DNA from: Dehalococcoidia bacterium
Lineage (GTDB): Bacteria > Chloroflexota > Dehalococcoidia > UBA2979
Length of the DNA: 64,000 nucleotides
Assembly (NCBI GenBank): GCA_964291495.2
Contig: OZ219872.1
Span: forward strand, 256,001-320,000
Direction of reading: 5' to 3'
In this document: piece after piece, positions 49,391 through 60,379 of the stretch
Layout of the letters: each line of letters opens with the position of its first letter
Position numbering within the stretch: the first letter of the stretch is position 1
Translations under genes and position numbers: made by a program
The notes under the pieces: model-generated
What the model saw: only the letters and a program-made list of their open reading frames with translations
Databases searched by the model: none
Told to the model about the DNA's origin: nothing

Positions 49391-50499
49391 GCGAGCCGCG
49401 ACCGGCCGCACGCCTCGTGCTCGCGGACGGCCGCGTGTTCGAGGGCGAGGGCTTCGGCGCGCCCGTCGCCGCCACCGGCGAAGTGGTCTTCAACACCTCG
49501 ATGACCGGCTACCAGGAGGCGCTCACCGACCCCTCCTACGGCGGCCAGATCCTGACGATGACCTACCCGCTGCAGGGCAACTACGGCATCAACACCGGCG
49601 ATGACGAGAGCGCGCGCATCCAGGTGCGCGGCTTCGTCGTCCGCGAGCTGACCGACCTGCCGTCGCACTGGCAGAGCGTCCGCCGCCTCGACGAGTACCT
49701 CGCCGAGGCGGGCGTGCCCGCGATCGCCGGAATCGACACGCGCGCCCTGACGCGCCACCTGCGCTCGCACGGCGTGGTGATGGGCACGATCACCCGCGAC
49801 GAGTCGCCGCAGGAGGCGCTGGCACGGCTGCACAGCGAGCCCATGTACGGCACCGAGGACTACGTCGCCGAGGTCTCCACCTCGGTCCCCTACGAGTTCG
49901 GCGAGGGCGCGGACAACGGCGATGGGCCGGGCCCGCACATCGTCGTCGTCGACCTCGGCGTGAAGCGCAACATCATGCGGCACCTGCGGCGGCGCGGCTG
50001 CCGCGTGACCGCCGTGCCGAGCACGGCGAGCGCCGAGGACGTGCTCGCGCACGGCCCGGACGGCGTGCTGCTCTCGCCCGGCCCCGGCGACCCGATGCTG
50101 CTCGACCACGTCGTCGAGGCCTCGCGCGGGCTCGTCGGGCGCACGCCGCTGATGGGGATCTGCCTCGGGCACCAGGTGATCGGCCGCCTCTTCGGGGCCT
50201 CGACGTACAAGCTGAAGTTCGGGCACCGCGGCGCGAACCACCCGGTGATCGACAAGCCCACCGGGCGCGTCTACATCACCTCGCAGAACCACGGCTACGC
50301 CGTCGACGGCGACGGGCTCGAGGCCGCCGTCGAGGTGGAGCAGGTGCACCTCAACGACGGTACGGTCGAGGGCCTGCGCCACCGCGAGCTGCCGCTGTTC
50401 ACGATCCAGTACCACTCCGAGGCCTCGCCGGGCCCGCACGACACCGAGTTCCTGTTCGACCGCTTCCTCGAGAGCGTGCGCGCCGAGGGGAGCCGCTGA
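49387..50499 (+). CDS. carA: Carbamoyl-phosphate synthase small subunit
   Basis: GEVVFNTSMTGYQE, SPGPGDP, GICLGHQ, QYHSEASPGP. Confidence 0.96.
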   Translation: MSEPRPAARLVLADGRVFEGEGFGAPVAATGEVVFNTSMTGYQEALTDPSYGGQILTMTYPLQGNYGINTGDDESARIQVRGFVVRELTDLPSHWQSVRRLDEYLAEAGVPAIAGIDTRALTRHLRSHGVVMGTITRDESPQEALARLHSEPMYGTEDYVAEVSTSVPYEFGEGADNGDGPGPHIVVVDLGVKRNIMRHLRRRGCRVTAVPSTASAEDVLAHGPDGVLLSPGPGDPMLLDHVVEASRGLVGRTPLMGICLGHQVIGRLFGASTYKLKFGHRGANHPVIDKPTGRVYITSQNHGYAVDGDGLEAAVEVEQVHLNDGTVEGLRHRELPLFTIQYHSEASPGPHDTEFLFDRFLESVRAEGSR

Positions 50500-50978
50500 T
50501 GGCCGCGTCGCAGCCACCTCCGGGGCCGCTGTGCCGCCGCGCCGTCGCGGACGACGCAGCGCAGATCGCCGAGATCATCGCCGAGCTGATCGAGGAGCCG
50601 CAGCCCGTCGCCTTCGACCGCGCGCTCAGCGCCGCCGAGGTGCAAGACGCCTGGCTGGGCGGAGACGACGGCGGCGCGGCAGTCTTCGTCATCGAGGAGG
50701 CGGGCAGGCTGCTCGCCTTCGCCGTCGTTGAGCCGCTCGAGGGCGCCTCGGAGGACTGCTCGCTCGGCGCCTGGGTGCGCGAGGCGGAGCGCCGCAAGGG
50801 CTACGCGACGACGCTCGCCGAGGAGGCGCTGGCGTTCACGCGCGAGCGCGGCTACCAGGCGATCCGCGCGCGCCTGCCCGAGGACAATGAGCCGGCGCTC
50901 TCCTACCTGTCGTCGATCGGCGCGCTGGTGCCCCTCGCCAACCCCGGCGCGCACTTCGTGCTGCCAGCAGAGGAGTGA
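50499..50978 (+). CDS. GNAT family acetyltransferase
   Basis: WVREAERRKGYA motif A; NEPA. Confidence 0.75.
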   Translation: MAASQPPPGPLCRRAVADDAAQIAEIIAELIEEPQPVAFDRALSAAEVQDAWLGGDDGGAAVFVIEEAGRLLAFAVVEPLEGASEDCSLGAWVREAERRKGYATTLAEEALAFTRERGYQAIRARLPEDNEPALSYLSSIGALVPLANPGAHFVLPAEE

Positions 50979-51741
50979 CCGTGAGCGAGCAAGCCACCCC
51001 GACCCCGGACACCTCCCACTACGCCGAGAAGCGCGCTCGAGACTGGGAGGCGTTCACCTCTGGCGAGGGCCCACCCGCGAGCCACTGGGAGCTGTGGGCC
51101 GAGGAGTCGTTTGACTGGCGACCGGCGATCAGCTTCTTCCAGCCCGTCGGCAAGGACTACGAGGGCCTCGCCGAGCGCGTCCAGCCGCTGTTCGACGCCC
51201 TCGAGGGCCTCGAGGAGGTCGAGCTGCCGCCGGCCAGCTTCCTGCACCTGACCATGCTGCAGATCGGGTTCCTGCGCGCCGCCGACATCTATTGGTCGCA
51301 GGTGGAGACGTTCTACGTGAACGCCGCGCCGCGGCTGCACCGCATCGAGCCGTTCAGCATCCGCATTGGCGGCGTCTCGGCGAGCGCGGACGCGCTCTAC
51401 CTCGGCGTCGACGACGGCCTCGTCCTGCGCGAGGCGCGGCGGCTGATCGCCCTCGGCGTGCCGAAGGTCTACCAGGTGTTCCGGGAGGCCGGCATCGAGA
51501 CCGGCGAGGCCGACCCCTTCGTTCCGGAGATCCCCTTCGCCTACTTCACCGGCAAGGGCGATCGCGCGCGGGTGATCGAGGCGATCACGCCACACCTCGA
51601 TGCCGATCTGGGCGAGTACCCGGTGAGCCACATCAAATGGGGCGCATCGCGCCGGACCCGGACATCCACTTCCCCGACCCCGACGTCGTCGCCGAGATCA
51701 TCCTCTTCGGCAAGGACTACCGGAAGGGCTACCACAACTGA
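50975..51741 (+). pseudogene. 2H phosphoesterase (2'-5' RNA ligase)-like gene with a -1 frameshift near 51636
   Basis: LHLT motif; coding-like frame ends at SHIK and continues in another frame as MGRIAPDPD...GYHN* ending 51741. Confidence 0.6.
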
Positions 51742-54700
51742 GCCCAGCGACCGCATCCGAAGCCTCCACGCACCCCGGCGAGCCGTCAGGCAACGCGGAG
51801 AAGCCGCGCAAGGTGCTGATCATCGGCAGCGGGCCGATCGTGATCGGCCAGGCCGCAGAGTTCGACTACGCCGGCACCCAGGCCTGCAAGGCGATGCGCG
51901 AGGAGGGCATCACCTCCGTCCTCGTCAACTCCAACCCGGCGACGATCATGACCGACGAGGACGTCGCCGACGTCGTCTACATCGAGCCGCTCACCGTCGA
52001 GGTGCTCGAGCGCATCATCGAGGCGGAGCGCCCGGACGGACTGCTCCCAACGCTCGGCGGCCAGACCGGCCTCAACCTCGCCGTCGATCTCGCCGAGGCG
52101 GGGGTGCTCGAGCGCTACGACGTGCGTCTGCTCGGCACGCCGCTGGAGTCGATCCGGCTCGCCGAGGACCGCGAGAAGTTCCGCACGATGCTGCGCGAGA
52201 TCGGCGAGCCGACGCCAGAATCGGAGATCGTCGAGGACTGGGAAAGCGCCGTCGCGGCGCGCGACCGCATCGGCCTCCCCCTCGTCGTGCGGCCCGCCTA
52301 CACGCTCGGCGGCACCGGCGGCGGCATCGCGCACACCGAGGAGGAGTACGAGCGGATCGTGCGCGGCGGGCTCGCCGCCTCGCCGATCACGCAGGTGCTG
52401 GTCGAGCGCTGCCTGCTCGGCTGGAAGGAGCTCGAGTACGAGGTGATGCGCGACGGCGCGAACACCTGCGTCACGATCTGCAACATGGAGAACCTCGATC
52501 CGATGGGCGTGCACACGGGCGACTCGATCGTCGTGGCGCCCTCGCAGACGCTCTCGGACCGCGACTACCAGCTGCTGCGCAGCAGCGCGCTGAAGATCAT
52601 CCGCGCACTCGGCATCGAGGGCGGCTGCAACGTGCAGTTCGCGCTCGCGCCGCGCCCGGACGTGACCCCCTGGCCGGGCGCGGAGTCGGCCGCGGCGCCC
52701 GAGTACCACGTGATCGAGGTCAACCCGCGGGTCTCGCGCTCCTCGGCGCTGGCCTCGAAGGCCACGGGCTACCCGATCGCGCGCGTCGCCGCGAAGATCG
52801 CGGCGGGCAAGCGGCTGGACGAGATCACGAACTCGGTCACGGGCCGCACGACAGCCGCCTTCGAGCCCGCGCTCGACTACTGCGTCGTCAAGATCCCGCG
52901 CTGGCCGTTCGACAAGTTCGCCTTCGGCGACCGCCGCCTCGGTACGCAGATGAAGGCGACGGGCGAGGTGATGGCGATCGATCGCACCTTCGAGGGCGCG
53001 CTGCAGAAGGCCGTCCGCTCGCTGGAGATGGGCGGCCGTTCGATCCTCTGGGAGCATGCGGACTGGGATCCGGACCCTCCCGGCCCGGACACCGCCACGG
53101 ACGACCGCCTCTGGGTGCTGCTCGCCGCCCTGCGCCGCGGCAAGCGCCCGCTCGAAATCGCCCGCGAGTCCGGAGTCGACCCGTGGTTCCTCGAGCGCCT
53201 CGAGCGCATCGTCACGATGGAGCGGTGGCTGCTCTCCGAGGAGTTGACGCCGCACCTGCTGCTCGAGGCGAAGCGCCTCGGCTTCAGCGACGCCGTCATC
53301 GGGACGCTCGCCGACCGCCTGCCGGACCAGGTGCGCGCGCTGCGCGAGGAATGGGACCTGCGGCCGGTCTACAAGATGGTGGACACCTGCGCCGCCGAGT
53401 TCGACGCCGCCACGCCCTACTTCTACTCGACCTACGAGCACGAGAACGAAGCCGGGCCCGAGCCGGACAGCGAGCGCATGCTGGTGATCGGCTCCGGCCC
53501 GATCCGCATCGGGCAGGGGATCGAGTTCGACTACTGCTCGGTCCAGGCCGCCCACGCGCTGCACGCCGCGGGCGTCCAGTCGATCCTCGCCAACTCCAAC
53601 CCGGAGACCGTCTCCACCGACTTCGACACGTCCGATAGGCTCTACTTCGAGCCACTCGACGAGGAGGCGGTGCGGGATCTGCTGGAGAACGAGGCAGGCG
53701 GGGCCGAGGCGCCGCACTCGATCGTCCAGTTCGGCGGCCAGACCGCCGTCAACCTCGCGCGCCCCCTGCAGCTCGCCGCACTGCCGATCGCCGGCTCCTC
53801 CGCCGACGCGATCGACCTCGCCGAGGATCGAGGGCGCTTCGAGGCGCTGATCTCCGACCTCGGCATCCCGCAGCCGCCCGGCGTCGCCGTGCGGACGCTC
53901 GACGAGGCGCTGCCGACGGCGGCGACGATCGGGTACCCGGTGCTCGTGCGCCCCTCGTACGTCCTCGGCGGTCGCGCGATGGAGGTCGTGCAGGACGAGG
54001 GCGAGCTGGAGCGCTACTTCGCCGCCGCACTGCAGGAGCGCTCCGGCCCGATCCTGATCGACAAGTACCTCGAGGGTCTCGAGGTGGAGGTGGACGCCAT
54101 CTGCGACGGCGAGTCGGTGCTGATCCCGGGGATCATGGAGCACGTCGAGCGCGCGGGGGTGCACTCCGGCGACTCGATGGCCGTCTACCCGCCGCAGAAC
54201 CTCACGACCGAGCAGCGCGAGGCGATCATCGACTACACGACGCGCATGGCCATCGCCCTCGGCGTGCGCGGGCTGATGAACGTGCAGTACGTCGTCGCGC
54301 CGGAGGCCGCTCCCCAGGGGCCGGGCGTGTTCGTGATCGAGGTGAACCCGCGCTCCTCGCGCACCGTGCCCTTCATCTCCAAGGTCACGGGCATCCCCAT
54401 GGTGCCGCTCGCCGTGAACGTGATGCTCGGCCGTTCGCTGGCTGAGCAGGGCTACGAGCCGGGCCTCGTGCCGGACCGCCCGCTCGTGGCCGTGAAGGCG
54501 CCCGTCTTCTCGATGTCCAAGCTCGTCGGCGTGGATACCTTCCTCGGCCCCGAGATGAAGTCCACCGGCGAGGTGATGGGCGTCGACCACGACTTCGACG
54601 CGGCGATGCGCAAGGCGGCGATGGCTGCCGACCTCGCGATCGCACCCGGCACGCCCTTCCTGCTCTCGCTGGCGGACCGCACGAAGCCCGAGGCCGTCCC

Positions 54701-55061
54701 GCTGATTCACGCGTTACACGAGGCGGGGTGCGATCTCGTGGCCACGGAGGGCACAGCCGCGATGATCCGGGACGACCTCGGCCTGCCGGTCCGCTTCGTG
54801 ACGAAGCTGCTCTCGCGGGGCCGCCCCAACGTCGTGGACGTGATCAACGACGGCTCGGTCGGCGCGGTCATCAACACGCTCGAGGGCGGCCGGCCCTCGC
54901 ACTTGCGCGACGGCTTCCACATCCGCCGCAGCGCCACCGAGATGCGCATCCCCTGCTTCACCTCGCTGGACACCGCGCGCGCCTCGATCCAGGCGCTCTC
55001 CTCACCCGCCTCCTACAGCGTGCGCCCGATCGGGGACTACCGGAACGGCCGCGCCGGATGA
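51738..55061 (+). CDS. carB: Carbamoyl-phosphate synthase large subunit (start CTG 51738 or GTG 51813)
   Basis: [17 protein letters not shown], two ATP-grasp halves (EVNPR), C-terminal MGS domain. Confidence 0.96.
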   Translation: MSPATASEASTHPGEPSGNAEKPRKVLIIGSGPIVIGQAAEFDYAGTQACKAMREEGITSVLVNSNPATIMTDEDVADVVYIEPLTVEVLERIIEAERPDGLLPTLGGQTGLNLAVDLAEAGVLERYDVRLLGTPLESIRLAEDREKFRTMLREIGEPTPESEIVEDWESAVAARDRIGLPLVVRPAYTLGGTGGGIAHTEEEYERIVRGGLAASPITQVLVERCLLGWKELEYEVMRDGANTCVTICNMENLDPMGVHTGDSIVVAPSQTLSDRDYQLLRSSALKIIRALGIEGGCNVQFALAPRPDVTPWPGAESAAAPEYHVIEVNPRVSRSSALASKATGYPIARVAAKIAAGKRLDEITNSVTGRTTAAFEPALDYCVVKIPRWPFDKFAFGDRRLGTQMKATGEVMAIDRTFEGALQKAVRSLEMGGRSILWEHADWDPDPPGPDTATDDRLWVLLAALRRGKRPLEIARESGVDPWFLERLERIVTMERWLLSEELTPHLLLEAKRLGFSDAVIGTLADRLPDQVRALREEWDLRPVYKMVDTCAAEFDAATPYFYSTYEHENEAGPEPDSERMLVIGSGPIRIGQGIEFDYCSVQAAHALHAAGVQSILANSNPETVSTDFDTSDRLYFEPLDEEAVRDLLENEAGGAEAPHSIVQFGGQTAVNLARPLQLAALPIAGSSADAIDLAEDRGRFEALISDLGIPQPPGVAVRTLDEALPTAATIGYPVLVRPSYVLGGRAMEVVQDEGELERYFAAALQERSGPILIDKYLEGLEVEVDAICDGESVLIPGIMEHVERAGVHSGDSMAVYPPQNLTTEQREAIIDYTTRMAIALGVRGLMNVQYVVAPEAAPQGPGVFVIEVNPRSSRTVPFISKVTGIPMVPLAVNVMLGRSLAEQGYEPGLVPDRPLVAVKAPVFSMSKLVGVDTFLGPEMKSTGEVMGVDHDFDAAMRKAAMAADLAIAPGTPFLLSLADRTKPEAVPLIHALHEAGCDLVATEGTAAMIRDDLGLPVRFVTKLLSRGRPNVVDVINDGSVGAVINTLEGGRPSHLRDGFHIRRSATEMRIPCFTSLDTARASIQALSSPASYSVRPIGDYRNGRAG

Positions 55062-55780
55062 CGGAGGAGCGCGCGGGACCGCTCGATGCCGTGCTCTTCG
55101 ACCTCGACGGCACGCTCGCGGACTCGATGCACTCGATCGCCGAGGCGCTCTCCGAGACGCTCGGCGATCAGGGCTACCGCACAAGCCCCGGGGAGTTGAT
55201 GCCACACTTCGGGCCGGGCATGCAGTCCGTGATCCGGCGCGCCATCGGCGTCGACGAGGCCGAGGCGGAGCGCCTCTACGCCCTCTACCTGCCGAACTAC
55301 TACGAGCGCTACATGCCGGACACGCCGCCGCTCCCCGGCGCGGACGAGCTGATCGAGGATCTCGCGGCCCGGCTGCCGCTCGGCATCGTCACATCGAAGC
55401 TCGAGGCGGGCGCACGCTCGCTGATCGAGACGCTCGGCTGGAGTGAGCACTTCGGCCCGATCGTCGGGCGCGACACGACCGGCATCATGAAGCCCCGGCC
55501 CGAGCCGCTGCTGCACGCCCTCGCCGAACTGGGCATCGAAGGCGAGCGCGCGGCCTACGTCGGCGACACCGAGGAGGACATGGAGGCCGCCCTCGCCGCC
55601 GGGGTCGCCGTCCGCGTCGGCGTCACGGAAATCCGCGGCGAGCAGCAGCTGATCGCGGCGGGCGCCACCGCCGTCTGCCGCGACCTCCCGGCGCTTCGCG
55701 CGCTGCTCGTCGCCGTGATCGATGGGACGGCGGGCGCACAGCACGCCCCCGCACCGGCAACCGGGAGCACGTCCGCATGA
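55058..55780 (+). CDS. HAD family hydrolase
   Basis: FDLDGTL, VTSK, KPRPEP, YVGD...D. Confidence 0.9.
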   Translation: MTEERAGPLDAVLFDLDGTLADSMHSIAEALSETLGDQGYRTSPGELMPHFGPGMQSVIRRAIGVDEAEAERLYALYLPNYYERYMPDTPPLPGADELIEDLAARLPLGIVTSKLEAGARSLIETLGWSEHFGPIVGRDTTGIMKPRPEPLLHALAELGIEGERAAYVGDTEEDMEAALAAGVAVRVGVTEIRGEQQLIAAGATAVCRDLPALRALLVAVIDGTAGAQHAPAPATGSTSA

Positions 55781-56949
55781 GCAGCGAGCAGGAAAGCGAA
55801 GCGGGCCGCAGCTCGCTCGCGGGGCTGCTCGGGCAGTTCGGACGCCTCGGCGCGACCGCCTTCGGCGGGCCCGCGGCGCACGTCGCGATGATGGAGGATG
55901 AGTTCGTCCAGCGGCGGCGCTGGCTCGACCGCGACACGTTCGCGCGCGCCCTCGCCGCGACGAACCTCGTGCCCGGCCCCAACTCCACGGAGATGGCGAT
56001 CCACCTCGGCTACCGCCGCCGCGGCGTCGCGGGAGCGATCGCCTCGGGCAGCGCCTTCATCCTGCCCGCCGCGCTTGCCGTCGCGGCGCTCGCCTGGGCC
56101 TACTTCCAGTGGGGCACGACGCCGCGCGCGGACGACCTGTTCGCCGGCATCCGCCCGGCCGTGGTCGTGCTCGTCGCGCTCGCCGCCTGGCGGCTGCGCG
56201 GCCCGGCGCAGCGCAACCCGCTCGCGATCGCTCTCGCGGCGGCCGCGTTCGCGGTTACGCTGCTCGCGCCGCGCTGGGAGGTGGTCGCGCTGCTCGGCGC
56301 GGGCGTGATTGCGCTGCTCGCGAGCGAGCACGGGCTGCGCCAGCGGCTGCAGCGCGCGATCGTCGCCCTGCCCGCTCCGCTGCTCCCGCTGGCGCTGCCC
56401 GCCCTCGCCGTGACGCTGCCCGAGGTCGTGCCGATCGCGCTGATCCACCTCAAGGCCGGTGCGCTGCTCTTCGGCGGCGGCTACGTGATCATCCCGCTGC
56501 TGGAGCCGGACGCCGTCGCGCAGGGCTGGCTGACGGAGTCGCAGTTCCTCGATGCGATCGCGATCGGGCAGGCGACGCCGGGGCCGATCGTCACCACGGC
56601 CACCTTCGTCGGCTACGCCGCCGGCGGCTGGTGGGGCGCGCTGATCGCGACGGTTGCGATCTTCGCGCCCGCGTTCGTCTTCGCGATCTCGCTGGGACAC
56701 GTACTCGACCGGCTCTCGGCTTCCGAGGCGCTACGCGCATTCCTCGATGGCGTCGCCGCTGCCGTCTTCGGCGCGATCGCCGGGGCCGCGGTGGTGCTGC
56801 TGATGAGCCTCGAGGCCAACCCGCTCAGCGGCGTGGTGCTCGTCGCGAGCGGCGTGGTGCTGCTGCGCTCGCTCCTGCCCTCGTACGCCTGGCTGCTGCT
56901 CTGCGGCGCGGCCGGCCTGCTCTACCACGCCGCGGAGCTGCCGGCATGA
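55777..56949 (+). CDS. chrA: Chromate efflux transporter (long-chain CHR)
   Basis: FGGPAAH, PGPNSTE, FGGGYV, QATPGP. Confidence 0.9.
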   Translation: MSSEQESEAGRSSLAGLLGQFGRLGATAFGGPAAHVAMMEDEFVQRRRWLDRDTFARALAATNLVPGPNSTEMAIHLGYRRRGVAGAIASGSAFILPAALAVAALAWAYFQWGTTPRADDLFAGIRPAVVVLVALAAWRLRGPAQRNPLAIALAAAAFAVTLLAPRWEVVALLGAGVIALLASEHGLRQRLQRAIVALPAPLLPLALPALAVTLPEVVPIALIHLKAGALLFGGGYVIIPLLEPDAVAQGWLTESQFLDAIAIGQATPGPIVTTATFVGYAAGGWWGALIATVAIFAPAFVFAISLGHVLDRLSASEALRAFLDGVAAAVFGAIAGAAVVLLMSLEANPLSGVVLVASGVVLLRSLLPSYAWLLLCGAAGLLYHAAELPA

Positions 56950-57719
56950 GAAGCGCCGTCGTCGAGGTCACCGAGTCCGCCCGTCTCTACGGCGAGACGC
57001 GCGTGCTCTGGCTGACGATGCCCGAGGCGTTCCGCCACGCCACGCCCGGCCAGTTCGTGATGGCCTACATCGGCGAGTACGACGAACCGCTGCTCGGCCG
57101 CGCCTGCTCCTTCCATCGCCTGCGCGAGGGCCGCCACGGGCCCGAGTTCTCCCTGCTCTTCGACGTCGTCGGGCGCGGCACCGACTGGCTCGCGCGGCGC
57201 GCGCCGGGCGATGCAGTACGGGTGGTCGGGCCACTTGGGCGCGGCTTCGAGCCGCGCGAGCGCGTCGACCACATGCTGCTCGTCGGCGGCGGGATCGGCT
57301 GCGCGCCGCTCGTCTGGCTTGCCGACGAGCTGGTCGAGCAGGGCCGCGAGGTGACGCTCGTCCTCGGCGCGGCGAGCGAGGCGGGCATCTTCCCGCCGCG
57401 GCTGCTGCCGGAGGCCGTCGAGGTCGTCGTGGCGACGGAGGACGGGTCGCTGGGCGAGCGCGGGCTGGTGACCGCGCCGTTCGAGCGGCTGCTGCCCTGG
57501 GCCGACCAGGCCTTCGCCTGCGGGCCGAACCCGATGTTCGAGGCGCTGTTCGGGGTGCTCACACGCTCCGGGCTGCGCAAGCCGGTGCAGGCCCTGCTGG
57601 AGGAGACGATGGCCTGCGGCATGGGCATCTGCTACGGCTGCGCGATCTTCCCCAAGCGCGGCGGCGTCCGGCTCTGCTGCACGGACGGCCCGATGTTCGA
57701 CCTGCGCGACCTGTACTGA
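56946..57719 (+). CDS. pyrK: Dihydroorotate dehydrogenase electron transfer subunit
   Basis: PGQF, GPLGRGF, GGGIG, CGP, MACGMGICYGC...C [2Fe-2S]. Confidence 0.92.
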   Translation: MRSAVVEVTESARLYGETRVLWLTMPEAFRHATPGQFVMAYIGEYDEPLLGRACSFHRLREGRHGPEFSLLFDVVGRGTDWLARRAPGDAVRVVGPLGRGFEPRERVDHMLLVGGGIGCAPLVWLADELVEQGREVTLVLGAASEAGIFPPRLLPEAVEVVVATEDGSLGERGLVTAPFERLLPWADQAFACGPNPMFEALFGVLTRSGLRKPVQALLEETMACGMGICYGCAIFPKRGGVRLCCTDGPMFDLRDLY

Positions 57720-57732
57720 TGGGCCCCGCCTG

Positions 57733-57996
57733 ATGCTCCGGCGGATCGCCGTCGCCATCCCGATCCTCGGCGGCCTCGTGGGCGGCGCGTTGATCGGCGG
57801 TGTGCTGCTGAGCCCGGACCCGGCAATCGTCGGCTGGCTGTTCGGCGCGGGCGCGGGGCTGATGGGCGGCGCCTTCATCGTCGCCATCGCCACGAACGAG
57901 GCGCTGGTCGGGCGCGGCAGCGCCGGCCCGCGCTCCGTGAGCTACCCCGGCGAGACCCCGCCTCGAGGCCGGGACGAGGGCGAGGACGAGGAGTAG
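57733..57996 (+). CDS. Small membrane protein
   Basis: Two Gly-rich TM segments, acidic tail. Confidence 0.6.
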   Translation: MLRRIAVAIPILGGLVGGALIGGVLLSPDPAIVGWLFGAGAGLMGGAFIVAIATNEALVGRGSAGPRSVSYPGETPPRGRDEGEDEE

Positions 57997-58002
57997 CGCC
58001 CG

Positions 58003-59088
58003 CTACGCCCCCACCCGATCGAGGATCGTCGCGACGTCGATGTACTCGTCGGCGAGGGCGCGCATCTCGACCGAGGTGCTGCCGCTGAAGGCGACGACCT
58101 CGACACGCACGCCCTGGCTCTGCAGCAGCTCGACGGCGCGCGCGAAGTCCGCGTCGCCGGAGACGATCGAAACCACGTCGAGGCGCTCCGCCATCGTCAC
58201 CATGTCGAGCGCCATCTCGACGTCGAAGTTGCCCTTTACCGAGCCGTCCTGGAAGCGCTTCATCGGCTTCGTCACGATCCGGTAGTCGTGGCGCACGAAC
58301 GGCTCGACGAAGCGCTGGCGCTCCACCGGCTCCGCGGGGTCGTCCGAGACCGGCGAGTAGGCAGTCGCGCGGATCAGCTCGCGGCCCTCGCTGAGGTAGG
58401 CGAGCAGCTTGCCCATATGCACGCTCGCGCCGTCCGGTGCGCCCTCGCCGCGCTCCGCTCCGTAGATCAGGTTCGGCACGTCGACGAAGACGCCGAGGCG
58501 CAGCCGCCGCACGGCGCGCTCCTGCATCTCGCGCAGCGCGTCGATCGTCTGCGCCTGCGCCGTCAGCACCTCGCGCAGCGCTCGGACCTCCTCGGTGAGC
58601 GCGGCCGTTCCCGTGTCGTCGCTGCTGCTCGTCGTGCTGGACTTGCGGGTGCTCGCGCGACGGCGGGCCGGCGCCTTTTTTTCCGCCTCCGCTTCCGCCT
58701 TCGCGGGCTCGGGTGCAGCTTCCTCGGCCGCGGCGGCACGACGGCGCCGCGGGGCTCGCTTCTTGGGCTCGGCCTCGGCCTCGGGGGTCGCCTCGGCTTC
58801 CGCCTTCGCGGGCTCGGGCGCCGCTTCCTCGGCCGCCGCTGCCCCTCGACGGCGACGCGGCGCGCGCTTCGCTGCAGCCTTCGCCTTCGTCTCGGCGGGC
58901 GGCGAGGACTCCGCCTCCGCTTCAGCCTTCGGAGCGCGGGCCGGGCGGCGGCCGGCGATGCGTGGATCGTTCAGAGTCTCGTTGCTCTCGGGCGTCTCGG
59001 CCGCGCGCGATCGGCCGCGGCCTCCGCGCGTGCCGCGGCGGCGCGTGCCCTCGCCCGTGGCCGGCGCGTCCGCGCGGTCCGCGCTCAT
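58003..59088 (-). CDS. NYN (LabA/DUF88) domain protein with long low-complexity N-terminus
   Basis: VFVDVPNL, KGNFDVEMALD, VSGDADF, LADEYID. Confidence 0.88.
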   Translation of the reverse strand: MSADRADAPATGEGTRRRGTRGGRGRSRAAETPESNETLNDPRIAGRRPARAPKAEAEAESSPPAETKAKAAAKRAPRRRRGAAAAEEAAPEPAKAEAEATPEAEAEPKKRAPRRRRAAAAEEAAPEPAKAEAEAEKKAPARRRASTRKSSTTSSSDDTGTAALTEEVRALREVLTAQAQTIDALREMQERAVRRLRLGVFVDVPNLIYGAERGEGAPDGASVHMGKLLAYLSEGRELIRATAYSPVSDDPAEPVERQRFVEPFVRHDYRIVTKPMKRFQDGSVKGNFDVEMALDMVTMAERLDVVSIVSGDADFARAVELLQSQGVRVEVVAFSGSTSVEMRALADEYIDVATILDRVGA

Positions 59089-60125
59089 GCCGCCACCCCC
59101 GCATCCCCGGCGTACTGCAGCACGGAACAGCGGGCCGCGACCTGCTCCGCGAGCTCGATGAAGGCCGCTGCCTCCTCGGAGTCCGGGGCGGCGGCGACCA
59201 GCGGGACGCCTTCGTCGCCGGACTTGCGGACCGCCGCCGCGAGCGGCAGCTCGCCGAGGAACTCGACGCCCAGCTCGTCCGCGGCCTCGCGCGCTCCGCC
59301 GCGGCCAAAGATGTCCGATGTCATGTTCTCCACGATTCCGAAGATCGGGACGCCGAGCCGGTCGAACATCCCGATCGCCTTCGTTGCGTCCTCGATCGCC
59401 ACCTGCTGCGGCGTCGAGACGATCACGACGCCTGCCACCGGCGCCTGCTGCGCCAGCGACATCGAGGCGTCCGAAGTGCCCGGCGGCAGGTCGACGATCA
59501 GGTAGTCCAGGTCGCCCCAGTCGATATCATGGACCAGTTGGCGCACGCCCGAGCCGATCATCGGTCCGCGCCAGACGACCGGCGTGCCCTTCGGCAGCAC
59601 GAACCCGATCGAGGCGGCGCGCACGCCGTGGGCCTCGATGGTGTTCAGCCCCTGCTGGCCATCAGCGAGGCCCCCCTGCTCGATGCCGAGCATCGTCGGG
59701 ATGTTCGGGCCGGTGATGTCGGCGTCGACGATGCCGACGGCCGCTCCGAGCCGCGCGAGGGCGACGGCGAGGTTCGTCGCCACCGTGGACTTGCCGACGC
59801 CGCCCTTGTTGGAGGCGACCGCGATCAGGTTCTTGACGCCCTCGACCGGCTCCGGACCGCCCTCGCGGAGCGCTTGCCCCCGCACCTCGGCGTCCCACTC
59901 GATCTCCACCTCGTCGATGCCGGGCAGGGCGTCGAGGGCGGCGCGCACGTCGACGTCGATCTGCTCGCGCAGCGGGCAGGCCGGGGTCGTGAGCACCAGG
60001 CGGAAGGAGGCGGTCGAGCCCTCGACGGCGACGTCGCGGACCATGTTGAGCGACACAAGGTCGCGATGCAGTTCGGGATCGCGAACCTGGGAGAGAGCGG
60101 CCAGTACGGCCTCAGCATTCGTCAC
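59085..60125 (-). CDS. mrp: Mrp/ApbC Fe-S cluster carrier ATPase
   Basis: DUF59 N-terminus (VRDPEL...TTPACP), KGGVGKST, WRGPM, DLPPGT, VENM. Confidence 0.93.
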   Translation of the reverse strand: MTNAEAVLAALSQVRDPELHRDLVSLNMVRDVAVEGSTASFRLVLTTPACPLREQIDVDVRAALDALPGIDEVEIEWDAEVRGQALREGGPEPVEGVKNLIAVASNKGGVGKSTVATNLAVALARLGAAVGIVDADITGPNIPTMLGIEQGGLADGQQGLNTIEAHGVRAASIGFVLPKGTPVVWRGPMIGSGVRQLVHDIDWGDLDYLIVDLPPGTSDASMSLAQQAPVAGVVIVSTPQQVAIEDATKAIGMFDRLGVPIFGIVENMTSDIFGRGGAREAADELGVEFLGELPLAAAVRKSGDEGVPLVAAAPDSEEAAAFIELAEQVAARCSVLQYAGDAGVAA

Positions 60126-60160
60126 GTTATGTCCTCACGCTGCGGAAATGCTCGCGGATC

Positions 60161-60379
60161 GGCCAGATTCGTGAGAAAATCCTGGGAGTAACTCCAACCT
60201 GGAGGGAACCAAATGGCCGTCGCGAGCGTTTCATCTCTAGGTACGGAGAGTGCGTCATCCAGGATGGACGCGCCAGAAGGGGAGGCAACGGGATACTTGG
60301 GGACACCTTCGAGGACTGTTCCCGGGATCGCGTTACGCCTCCCCACGGGGTTGAAAGCCCCGAGTTGGGGGCTCTGGCC
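60161..60379. ncRNA. Putative structured RNA of unknown family
   Basis: Closing GGCCAGA/TCTGGCC; long interrupted stem 60279-60344; further hairpins; non-coding-like composition. Confidence 0.4.

Noticed and set aside
50975-53638. 887-aa ORF
   Set aside because: Only the first ~220 aa are coding-like; the rest is out-of-frame read-through over carB
60175-60215. c-di-AMP riboswitch (AATCC...GGAGGGAACC)
   Set aside because: Downstream GGGGUnAAU and CAGCUAAC elements are missing
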